Below are positions 1 to 7,166 of a stretch of DNA of 20,242 bases, one piece after another. Source of the stretch: Eubacteriales bacterium (GTDB taxonomy: Bacteria > Bacillota > Clostridia > Christensenellales > DUVY01). The notes beneath the pieces are model-generated. The model did no database searches. It was given only the letters and a program-made list of their open reading frames with translations, and was not told the DNA's origin. The stretch is taken from NCBI GenBank assembly GCA_031553565.1, contig JAVBLK010000017.1, positions 1 through 20,242 on the forward strand. Direction: 5' to 3'. The translations under genes and the position numbers were made by a program. Each line of letters opens with the position of its first letter. Positions within the stretch are counted from its first letter, which is position 1.

Positions 1-60
1 CCTTTCGTTCGTTCTTCCTACTTCGCTGTAGGGAAAATGATGAGGGAACAGGGGGTCTAA

Positions 61-96
61 GGGGGACATTGGGTTCCTTATTGTCCCCCTTTATCC
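61..96 (+). terminator. Rho-independent terminator (GGGGGACA-13 nt loop-TGTCCCCC followed by TTTATCC), probably ending a + strand gene lying upstream of the window
   Basis: Perfect 8-bp GC-rich stem at 61-68 / 82-89, followed by a T-rich tract. Confidence 0.5.
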
Positions 97-164
97 GCAG
101 CCTCTTATCACTCTTCCTTTCATGTTAACTTAACACTCCCACACATATAATAATTACAAATTAA

Positions 165-322
165 GGAACCGCTGAATAATTCGGAATAATTTACAGCTGC
201 GTCTTTTTCGCCTGAAAACGTCTTCTTTTTTTGCCAATAGTTCTACTATCTACTGCAAAAACAAGCCGTTTTCATGCTGAAAAATACTTGCTCTAAATTA
301 ACCTCATTTATTCATCGTTTCC
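165..322 (+). repeat. MITE-like ~158-bp repeat, copy A. The ~20-bp imperfect terminal inverted repeats are GGAACCGCTGAATAATTCGG ... (reverse complement) GGAAACGATGAATAAATGAGG. It contains the internal palindrome AATAGTTCTACTAT
   Basis: It aligns almost end to end with 8620-8778 in the same orientation and with 3758-3916 in inverted orientation. The termini are inverted repeats of each other (about 15 of 20 positions). Confidence 0.7.
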
Positions 323-545
323 TTGATTAATCATATCGACAGGCAGAATTGTCTATTGTTGTCTTAACACTTCACCACGCTGTCGTCCGCTGTCATGCTT
401 ACCGGCCAATATTTGGTTAATCATGTAATATTTATAACATTTTTGTTACATATTGTCAAACCTTACATGATTAAAAACCATGCAGATTAGTTATCGGGAT
501 AAAAACATGCGCGGATCATTTTGCATGAATAAAGAATAGAGCTTT

Positions 546-565
546 GGAACCGCTGATAAAATTGG
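546..565 (+). repeat. Solo fragment resembling the left terminus of the MITE-like repeat (GGAACCGCTGATAAAATTGG)
   Basis: 16 of 20 positions match the copy A terminus. No repeat body follows it. Confidence 0.4.
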
Positions 566-633
566 ATAAAAATTGCGCCCGGCAGACGGGCTGCCAAAAG
601 GGGACGGGCGGTTTAAAACGAAAACGGTATCTT

Positions 634-671
634 AATTAGAAAGACGGCGCAACGTTTTCTGTTGCGCCGTC
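634..671 (-). terminator. Rho-independent terminator of the minus-strand tRNA operon (GACGGCGCAAC-AGAAAAC-GTTGCGCCGTC, then TTTCTAATT on the minus strand)
   Basis: An 11-bp perfect stem sits immediately downstream of the tRNA-Tyr 3' end and is followed by a T-rich run in the transcribed orientation. Confidence 0.65.
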
Positions 672-677
672 TCTTTA

Positions 678-763
678 TGGTGGATGGAGGTGGATTCGAA
701 CCACCGTAGACGTGAGTCGGCAGATGTACAGTCTGCTCCCTTTGGCCGCTCGGGCATCCATCC
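678..763 (-). tRNA. tRNA-Tyr (anticodon GTA), long variable arm, CCA encoded
   Basis: The reverse complement folds as a cloverleaf. The anticodon stem is GCAGA/TCTGC with loop CTGTACA. The T-loop is GGTTCGAATCC and the 3' end is CCA. Length is 86 nt. Confidence 0.9.
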
Positions 764-919
764 AAATGAATGATATTTGATCTATATTCTTGGCCGCTTT
801 TAAGTCCGACCGAATTTTTATCAGATAAAAATTCGCGCCTGGTCGGAAAAACGCGCAGTGAGCATAAGAGCGCAGTTTTTCTTCGCAGAAGAAAACAAGC
901 AAAAGCGAAACGTAGCGTT

Positions 920-995
920 TGGAGCTGGAGATGGGAATTGAACCCGCAACCTGCTGATTACAAATCAGCTGCTCTGCCGATTGAGCTACTCCAGC
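920..995 (-). tRNA. tRNA-Thr (anticodon TGT), CCA encoded
   Basis: The reverse complement reads GCTGGAGTAGCTCAATCGGCAGAGCAGCTGATTTGTAATCAGCAGGTTGCGGGTTCAATTCCCATCTCCAGCTCCA. The anticodon loop is TTTGTAA. Confidence 0.9.
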
Positions 996-1151
996 AAATA
1001 TTTCAGTAGGCTTTCCGGCTTTCCGGCGGGGCAGGCTGTATTTGCATTGCCGGAGCCTTAACTCTATTCAAACTTCGTGCGCGTTCTTTGGCGAATGCGG
1101 CAAAGCCGCTTGCGGGTAATTGTCGTTTTCCGCAGTTTATATTGGGGTTTT

Positions 1152-1228
1152 TGGCGACCTGGAAGGGACTCGAACCCTCGACCTCTAGCGTGACAGGCTA
1201 GCGTTCTAACCAACTGAACTACCAGGCC
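1152..1228 (-). tRNA. tRNA-Asp (anticodon GTC), CCA encoded
   Basis: The reverse complement reads GGCCTGGTAGTTCAGTTGGTTAGAACGCTAGCCTGTCACGCTAGAGGTCGAGGGTTCGAGTCCCTTCCAGGTCGCCA. The anticodon loop is CTGTCAC. Confidence 0.9.
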
Positions 1229-1340
1229 AAAAATGTAACCGCTTTTTCTTTAGGGCAGCTTTCAGAAAAATTGCCGTCAAAAGAAAGCGTGTTTAGGCGC
1301 AGCTTTTCTCCGCAAATAAGCGGGAGAGAAGCGGAGCGTC

Positions 1341-1416
1341 TGGTGCCCCGGGGCGGAATCGAACCACCGACACAAGGATTTTCAGTCCTTTGCTCTACCG
1401 ACTGAGCTACCGGGGC
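1341..1416 (-). tRNA. tRNA-Phe (anticodon GAA), CCA encoded
   Basis: The reverse complement reads GCCCCGGTAGCTCAGTCGGTAGAGCAAAGGACTGAAAATCCTTGTGTCGGTGGTTCGATTCCGCCCCGGGGCACCA. The anticodon loop is CTGAAAA. Confidence 0.9.
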
Positions 1417-1440
1417 GAGGGGGCACGTTTTCAGGGCTTT

Positions 1441-1517
1441 TGGTGGGCCTTCACGGACTTGAACCGCGGACCAATCGGTTATGAGCCGACCGCTCTGACC
1501 AACTGAGCTAAAGGCCC
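1441..1517 (-). tRNA. tRNA with anticodon CAT: elongator tRNA-Met or the lysidine-modified tRNA-Ile2. The initiator is unlikely because position 1 pairs with 72 (G-C) and the anticodon stem lacks three consecutive G-C pairs
   Basis: The reverse complement reads GGGCCTTTAGCTCAGTTGGTCAGAGCGGTCGGCTCATAACCGATTGGTCCGCGGTTCAAGTCCGTGAAGGCCCACCA. The anticodon loop is CTCATAA. Confidence 0.85.
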
Positions 1518-1546
1518 TAATTAACGCTTGAACGCCCGGCAGCGGA

Positions 1547-1623
1547 TGGTCGGGGTGAAGAGACTCGAACTCCCGGCCCCATGCTCCCAAAGCACGTGCG
1601 CTACCAAACTGCGCTACACCCCG
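1547..1623 (-). tRNA. tRNA-Pro (anticodon TGG), CCA encoded
   Basis: The reverse complement reads CGGGGTGTAGCGCAGTTTGGTAGCGCACGTGCTTTGGGAGCATGGGGCCGGGAGTTCGAGTCTCTTCACCCCGACCA. The anticodon loop is TTTGGGA. Confidence 0.88.
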
Positions 1624-1638
1624 AAAAGTGACTTTCCT

Positions 1639-1667
1639 ATTCTACAATAAGTTGCGAGAAGTGTCAA
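1639..1667 (-). promoter_or_regulatory. Sigma-70-type promoter of the tRNA operon (minus strand: TTGACA-17 nt-TAGAAT)
   Basis: On the minus strand, -35 TTGACA lies at + coordinates 1662-1667, the spacer is exactly 17 nt, and -10 TAGAAT lies at 1639-1644, about 15 nt upstream of tRNA-Pro. Confidence 0.7.
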
Positions 1668-1881
1668 CAGTTTTGCGGCTTTCCGGCAAAAATATTGCAC
1701 GCGGGCGGGAACGTCCTGCGTCAGGTCCTTTAGCGCAAGGCAAAGTATCTGTTTCGCATCCTGAAAATATCCGGCTGCCCGGAAATGTATGTCGTATGTG
1801 CGGCGGCACATTTGACATTTATCCTGTCAAACCGTGCGATTCCGCCGTTTTTTGCGTGTCCGGACTTGATAGAGTTAGTAT

Positions 1882-2190
1882 ATGCGGATAGATAACAAAA
1901 TTGTCAATCAGACATTATACATCGGCCTTTCCGGCGAGCTGGACGAGCATACCTCGCATTACACGCGCCAGACGCTTGATACTCTGATGGCGGCGGACGG
2001 CTATGCGCGTGTAGTGATCGATTTATCCGAGCTTTCTTTTATGGACAGTACGGGCGTCGGCGTACTTATCGGCCGGTTCAAAAAGCTGTCCGGGCGCGGC
2101 CTGCCGATATTTATCGCAAACCCGTCAAAGCAGGCGGACAGGATATTCAATATGACCGGACTGTACGAAATAATGCCGAAAATCTCTTGA
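1882..2190 (+). CDS. spoIIAA: Anti-sigma-F factor antagonist SpoIIAA (STAS domain), 102 aa
   Basis: The size, the STAS-like sequence and conserved motifs fit SpoIIAA: a DSTG motif (the phosphorylatable-Ser loop) and a LSGRG glycine-rich segment. It is the first gene of a spoIIAA-spoIIAB-sigF array. The start at ATG 1882 has only a weak Shine-Dalgarno sequence. Confidence 0.8.
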   Translation: MRIDNKIVNQTLYIGLSGELDEHTSHYTRQTLDTLMAADGYARVVIDLSELSFMDSTGVGVLIGRFKKLSGRGLPIFIANPSKQADRIFNMTGLYEIMPKIS

Positions 2191-2381
2191 CGCGCAGGCG
2201 TATCGGGCGTGTGCGGCAAAGCCACGCAAAAATGCGCCCCGGTCTCATCGTCATGCAGATTTTTACTAAGTAAACGCCGCTGCCCGCCTGAAATGCCAAT
2301 TGATCGCCCATAAAAAATATACTCCTAAACAATATTTCTCCACACTCATTAAACAAGAAACCATAAAGGATACGGGAACCA

Positions 2382-2831
2382 GTGAAAAAGACAGACATCC
2401 TTGAAAACGAAATGAGCCTTGTAGTAAAGGCGATCGGAAAAAACGAGTCGTTTGCGCGCAGTACCGTGGCGGCATTCGCCGTGCAGCTGAACCCAACCCT
2501 GGACGAGGTGAACGACATCAAGACCGCCGTATCCGAGGCGGTGACAAATTGCGTCGTACACGGTTACGAGGGCAAGGGCGGCGGCTATATAACGATAGCG
2601 GCGAAAATTGCGGGGCAGACGCTGTTCATATCTGTTTCCGACAACGGCGTCGGGATCAAGGATATTGAAAAGGCGCGCGAGCCGTTTTTTACCACCAAGC
2701 CTGAACAGGAGCGCAGCGGTATGGGCTTTACCGTCATGGAAACCTTTATGGAGAAGGTAGAGGTGGAATCGGCCGCGGGCAGCGGTACAACCGTACGTAT
2801 GCAGAAAAATATCGGCAGAGTAAAGGCCTGA
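2382..2831 (+). CDS. spoIIAB: Anti-sigma-F factor / serine kinase SpoIIAB (GHKL ATPase), 149 aa, GTG start
   Basis: NESFARSTVAAF...EAVTNCVVHGY...DNGVGI...FFTTKPEQERSGMGFTVME are the N, G1 and G2 boxes of SpoIIAB-type GHKL kinases. AAAGGA lies 11 nt upstream of the GTG. An alternative start is the ATG at 2410. Confidence 0.85.
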   Translation: MKKTDILENEMSLVVKAIGKNESFARSTVAAFAVQLNPTLDEVNDIKTAVSEAVTNCVVHGYEGKGGGYITIAAKIAGQTLFISVSDNGVGIKDIEKAREPFFTTKPEQERSGMGFTVMETFMEKVEVESAAGSGTTVRMQKNIGRVKA

Positions 2832-2921
2832 CGCATGAGAAAAGAAACGACGCTTTAATGGCGGTTACATATTATTTTTTCCTGAAACGCTGACTATCCC
2901 CAAAGGAGATGAACCGCCTAT

Positions 2922-3659
2922 ATGCTGGAACATGAGGAAACCCTTGCCTGCCTTGTAAAAGCCAAGGCGGGGGACGAGCAGGCAAAGGCCGTGCTGCTTG
3001 AACATAATTCGCCGCTGATCAAAAGCATAATCCGCCGCTACAAGAACAAGGGCGTCGACTATGACGACCTTTATCAGCTGGGATGTATGGGACTGTTAAA
3101 GGCTATCAAGAATTTTGACACGTCGTTCAACGTGCGTTTTTCAACATATGCAGTACCGATGATAGCGGGCGAAGTAAAGCGTTTCCTGCGCGATGACGGG
3201 TATATAAAGGTTTCGCGCGCGCTGAAAGTAGTTTCGGGAAAAATTTCGCGCTTTGTCGAGGATTTCAAAAAGCAAAACCTTGCCGACCCGGATGTGGAAA
3301 CCATTGCGCACGAGTTCGGGATGGAGCCGGCCGAAGTCGTGTTTGCGATGGAATCGGCCAAAATGCCTATATCGCTCTTTGAAAAAACCGACAGCCAGGA
3401 CGAAAAATCCCAAAGCCTTATCGACAAGCTGGCGGCAAACGATGATTCTGACGAGCTTTTAGATAAATTGATGCTGAAGGAAATTATTGAAAACCTGGCG
3501 CCGCGCGACAAAAAGATCATCGTTTTAAGATATTTCCGCGACAAAACACAGAGCGAGATATCGCAGATCATGGGGGTCTCGCAGGTTCAGATATCCCGTT
3601 TGGAGAACAAAATAATTTCGGGTATAAAAGCCGCATTCGCGCTTAACAAGCCCTCGTAA
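2922..3659 (+). CDS. sigF: Sporulation sigma factor sigma-F (sigma-70 family, regions 2-4), 245 aa
   Basis: DDLYQLGCMGLLKAIKNFD...RFSTYAVPMIAGE is sigma-70 region 2, and the C-terminal region 4 HTH reads EISQIMGVSQVQISRLE. It sits immediately after spoIIAA-spoIIAB, and AAAGGAGA lies upstream. Confidence 0.85.
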   Translation: MLEHEETLACLVKAKAGDEQAKAVLLEHNSPLIKSIIRRYKNKGVDYDDLYQLGCMGLLKAIKNFDTSFNVRFSTYAVPMIAGEVKRFLRDDGYIKVSRALKVVSGKISRFVEDFKKQNLADPDVETIAHEFGMEPAEVVFAMESAKMPISLFEKTDSQDEKSQSLIDKLAANDDSDELLDKLMLKEIIENLAPRDKKIIVLRYFRDKTQSEISQIMGVSQVQISRLENKIISGIKAAFALNKPS

Positions 3660-3705
3660 GCGCATAGCCTTCACATAATACCTGATCCGTGCTATAAAAT
3701 AAAAA

Positions 3706-3739
3706 CACCCCGCGGCGCTGCCGCGGGGTGTAAAATTTT
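3706..3739 (+). terminator. Rho-independent terminator of the spoIIA-sigF operon (CACCCCGCGGC-GCT-GCCGCGGGGTG + TAAAATTTT)
   Basis: Perfect 11-bp GC-rich stem with a 3-nt loop, followed by a T tract. Confidence 0.85.
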
Positions 3740-3757
3740 GGAGCAAATCAGTTTTGA

Positions 3758-3916
3758 GGAAACGATGAATAAATGAGGTTAATTTAGAGCAAGTATTTTT
3801 AAGTCAGAAAACGGCTTGTTTTTGCAGCAAATAGTAGAACTATTGGCAAGAAAAGAAGACGTTTTCATCCGAAAAAGACTTGCGCTATATATTTTGCTTA
3901 AATTTTCAGCGTTTCC
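3758..3916 (-). repeat. MITE-like repeat, copy B, inverted relative to copies A and C
   Basis: The reverse complement of 3758-3916 aligns with copy C at about 90% identity. Its terminal GGAAA overlaps the left inverted repeat of the adjacent IS by about 5 nt. Confidence 0.7.
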
Positions 3917-5196
3917 TTAACAAAGATGCGAATAAGTCTTTTAAGCAAAACATGCAATAGAGATAAATGTGATAAAATAATGATATGGAAAAGCAAGTAA
4001 GTTTTAGTGAACTTGAGTATAGCGGGAAACGGAAAAAGACAAAGCGGGAAATATTTCTTGAAGCAATGGAACAGATAGTACCGCTTGAAATGATGTGCGA
4101 AATAATAAGGCCGCATTATGCGGTAGCGGGGAACGGCAGACAGCCGATAGAGCTAAAAAAGATGATAAAGATGTATCTAATCAGCCAATGGTACAATTTA
4201 TCTGATGAAATGACCGAGGACACGATATACGAGAATCAAGCGGTACGGCGGTATGTGGGAATAGAGTTGGCGCAAGAGAATGCGCCTGATAGAACGACAT
4301 TAGGGAAATTTCGCGCAAGTCTGGAAAAGCACGGCTTGAACAAGAAAATTTTTGAGGAAATGAATAAGCGGTTTAAGGAACAAGGGATAATACTTCGGGA
4401 AGGAACAATAGTAGACGCAACCATAATACAAGCACCGGCATCAACGCGCAACAAAACTAAAAGCCGAGACCCGGAAATGAGCAGCACAAAAAAGAATAAC
4501 AACCATCATTTTGGTTTCAAAGCGCATATAGGCGTAGACAAAGAAAGCGGGCTAATACACGATATAGCTGTAACGACAGCGAAAACTGCAGACATAGAGG
4601 CGGCGGCAAGCGTAATGCACGGCGAAGAAAAAGAGATATTGGGCGATGCAGGTTTTATCGGTCTAGAAAAGCGAGAAGACATTATAAATAGATTTGGTCA
4701 AGAGCCGATAGAGAATCTGGCAATTGCCCCGATAAGAAGAGGGCCTAAAGCAAAAGTAAAACCGCAGCTAAAAAAAGAAATATGTGTAAAAATAAATAGG
4801 CGGCGCATGAAAATCCACAAAATGCCGGATGGCGAAGAAAAGGATCGGCTAAAAGCGGAAGAAAAAGCAAAGTCGCAAATACGCGCAAAGGTCGAGTATC
4901 CGTTTCGGATAATGAAAGTAATTTTTGGATTTAGAAAGACAAGATATAAGGGTCTTGATAAAAACGAAAATAAACTATATATGCTTTTTGGATTGGTCAA
5001 CCTCTATTTTGTTATGCAAAAAAACAAGTTGTCCACACAGAAAGCATAAAAAAGGTCAAAAAAACGAAATAAACCGGAAAAAATAAGAAAAGCAAAAAAG
5101 TATGTTCGATTAAAAAGGTTTTGAAGCGCCCTAATTGTCCACAAAAAACTTAGGACGCTTCCAAAACCTTACTTAATCGCATATTCGATAAGGAAA
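3912..5196 (+). mobile_element. IS5-family insertion sequence (~1.28 kb) with imperfect ~26-bp terminal inverted repeats (left TTTCCTTAACAAAGATGCGAATAAGT, right reverse complement TTTCCTTATCGAATATGCGATTAAGT)
   Basis: The terminal repeats match at 20 of 26 positions and flank a single DDE transposase ORF. The body is AT-rich compared with flanking genes. Confidence 0.75.
3985..5049 (+). CDS. IS5-family DDE transposase, 354 aa
   Basis: GTIVDATIIQAP, HFGFKAHIGVD and a C-terminal YKGL...N...LVNLY are the characteristic N2/N3/C1 blocks of IS5/IS1182-group transposases. Confidence 0.8.
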   Translation: MEKQVSFSELEYSGKRKKTKREIFLEAMEQIVPLEMMCEIIRPHYAVAGNGRQPIELKKMIKMYLISQWYNLSDEMTEDTIYENQAVRRYVGIELAQENAPDRTTLGKFRASLEKHGLNKKIFEEMNKRFKEQGIILREGTIVDATIIQAPASTRNKTKSRDPEMSSTKKNNNHHFGFKAHIGVDKESGLIHDIAVTTAKTADIEAAASVMHGEEKEILGDAGFIGLEKREDIINRFGQEPIENLAIAPIRRGPKAKVKPQLKKEICVKINRRRMKIHKMPDGEEKDRLKAEEKAKSQIRAKVEYPFRIMKVIFGFRKTRYKGLDKNENKLYMLFGLVNLYFVMQKNKLSTQKA

Positions 5197-5207
5197 TCAT
5201 ATTTAAC

Positions 5208-7154
5208 ATGGAAGAAAACAAAGATAAATCCTCACTTTCATTTTCCCCCGAACGGGTTTCTTTTGACGGGCAGACAGGAACGGAGAAAGAAAAAATTCCT
5301 GCTAACGAGGCGGACAGCCCCAAAGAAAAAAGCCCGTACTCATACGGCGGCCAGGCGCTTATCGAGGGCGTTATGATGCGCGGGCGGACTTCGATGGCAA
5401 TCGCCGTAAGGGAGCCGTCGGGGAACGTGGCGACCGAATGCAAGCGTATCGCCGACGTGCGGAAAAGTATCTGGTACCGTATTCCCGTCGTCCGCGGCGT
5501 GTTCAATTTCGGCGCGACGCTGGTGATGGGCTTTAAGACACTTATGCGCAGCGCGGAGGCGGCGGGCGAGGAGGACGAGCAGCTGGGCAAGGGCGGTATG
5601 GCGTTCGCGGTCATAATCGCGCTGGCGCTGTTTGTCGGGTTGTTTATATTTGTGCCGCGGCTTGCGGCGTCCGGCCTTGAAAGGTGGCTTTTTGAGGGGC
5701 ACCGTTACGCGTTCCTTTTTACGAATATCACCGAGAGCGTCTTGAGGATAATAATATTCATACTATACTTGTGGGGCGTTTCGCTGATGAAAGACATCAG
5801 GCGCACATACATGTACCACGGGGCGGAGCATAAGACCATAAACGCATATGAAAAGGGCGCGGAGCTGACGGTTGAAAATGTCAAAAAGCACAGTACGCGC
5901 CACAACCGCTGCGGCACGACGTTCCTGTTCTTTGTCATCGTGATCAGTATTTTTGTCTTTACGCTGGTTACGTGGGGCTGCGCCGAATTGGGTTTAAGAT
6001 ACGACGCGACAGGGGCGGACGGCCTTTCAAACCGCTTTTTATACAACGTGATACTTATGGCTATAAGGATCGCGCTGCTGCCGTTTGTCGCGGGGCTGTC
6101 CTACGAGCTGCTGCGTTTATTGGCAAGGGGCAAGGACAGCAATATTGTCTTACGTATATTGCGCGCGCCGGGGCTTGGACTGCAGCGGCTGACGACAAAG
6201 GAGCCGACTGACGATATGCTGGAGGTTGCGATCGCGTCCTTTCACGCGGCGTACGCAATGGATCACGACCCGGATATGCAGGACTACAAGTTTCAGCTAA
6301 CCTACGACTTTAAAAGGTTTTACGACGCTAAAAAGGAAGCGCTTGCCGCCGCGGGAGTAAGCGACGGGGCCGCCCTTGACTGGGTATGCTGCGATATATT
6401 GAACGTAAGCCGCGGGGGCTTGAACGGGCTTAAGCTTATAAGCCGCGGGGACGGGGACAAAATAGCTGCGGCATGCGATAAACTGAAGGCCGGGCAGCCG
6501 CTGCAATACGTGCAGGGCTTTACAGAGTTTATGGGCAATAAGTTTACCGTCGATAAATCTGTGCTTATCCCCAGGCCGGAGACCGAGCTTCTGGCTGAGG
6601 CCGCGGTCAAATATGCGGTGAGTTTAAAGGCGCAGGGCGGAGAAATACATGCCCTTGACCTCTGCTGCGGCAGCGGCTGTATCGGGATCACCCTCGCCCT
6701 TAAGGCCGGGATAAGCGTGACGCTGTCCGACGTCAGCGCGGACGCAGCGGCAACCGCCGGGAAAAACGCGGACAGTTTAGGCGCGCAAAACATAACGGTT
6801 GTTAACTGCGATATGCTTACAGGGCTTTCGGGCGGCTACGACATTATTACATTTAATCCGCCGTACATAAGGACCGCGGATATCGAAACGCTGGAAAGAA
6901 CGGTAAAAGACCACGAGCCCGTACTTGCCCTTGACGGCGGCGCGGACGGGCTGGATTTTTACAGAAGGCTGCATGGCGCCTTAACGCAGCCCCCAAAAGA
7001 CGGTACGCCGTATTTAAGGGCCGGCGGCAGGGTTTTTATGGAGATAGGAAAGGGTCAGGCGCAGGATATCAGGGACATATTCAAGGGATTTAACGTCGAA
7101 ACTATACAAGACTATAACGGCATCGAGAGAATATTGGTCTTATTTAAGGAATAA
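5208..7154 (+). CDS. prmC: Fusion protein: an N-terminal DUF1385 (YqhQ-like) domain followed by a C-terminal release-factor glutamine N5-methyltransferase PrmC/HemK; 648 aa
   Basis: The N-terminal half carries YGGQALIEGVMMRG and a multi-pass membrane region typical of DUF1385. The C-terminal half carries VLIPRPETE, LDLCCGSGCIG and the NPPY catalytic motif. The ORF is continuous and sits directly upstream of prfA. Confidence 0.8.
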   Translation: MEENKDKSSLSFSPERVSFDGQTGTEKEKIPANEADSPKEKSPYSYGGQALIEGVMMRGRTSMAIAVREPSGNVATECKRIADVRKSIWYRIPVVRGVFNFGATLVMGFKTLMRSAEAAGEEDEQLGKGGMAFAVIIALALFVGLFIFVPRLAASGLERWLFEGHRYAFLFTNITESVLRIIIFILYLWGVSLMKDIRRTYMYHGAEHKTINAYEKGAELTVENVKKHSTRHNRCGTTFLFFVIVISIFVFTLVTWGCAELGLRYDATGADGLSNRFLYNVILMAIRIALLPFVAGLSYELLRLLARGKDSNIVLRILRAPGLGLQRLTTKEPTDDMLEVAIASFHAAYAMDHDPDMQDYKFQLTYDFKRFYDAKKEALAAAGVSDGAALDWVCCDILNVSRGGLNGLKLISRGDGDKIAAACDKLKAGQPLQYVQGFTEFMGNKFTVDKSVLIPRPETELLAEAAVKYAVSLKAQGGEIHALDLCCGSGCIGITLALKAGISVTLSDVSADAAATAGKNADSLGAQNITVVNCDMLTGLSGGYDIITFNPPYIRTADIETLERTVKDHEPVLALDGGADGLDFYRRLHGALTQPPKDGTPYLRAGGRVFMEIGKGQAQDIRDIFKGFNVETIQDYNGIERILVLFKE

Positions 7155-7166
7155 GGAAAAAAAGCA

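Noticed and set aside
1441-1517. Initiator tRNA-fMet
   Set aside because: The anticodon is CAT, but positions 1 and 72 form a Watson-Crick pair and the anticodon stem lacks the three consecutive G-C pairs typical of initiators. It was called elongator Met or Ile2 instead.
675-1891. Six-frame ORFs overlapping the tRNA cluster (675-902 -, 770-1009 +, 1219-1590 -, 1614-1811 -, 1628-1891 +)
   Set aside because: They are made up of tRNA genes, spacers and a promoter. They have no RBS, and their amino-acid composition is implausible.
2001-3746. Antisense and overlapping ORFs inside spoIIAA, spoIIAB and sigF (for example 2147-2521 -, 3074-3571 -, 3253-3462 +)
   Set aside because: They sit entirely within well-supported genes on the opposite strand or in an alternative frame, and have no independent signals.
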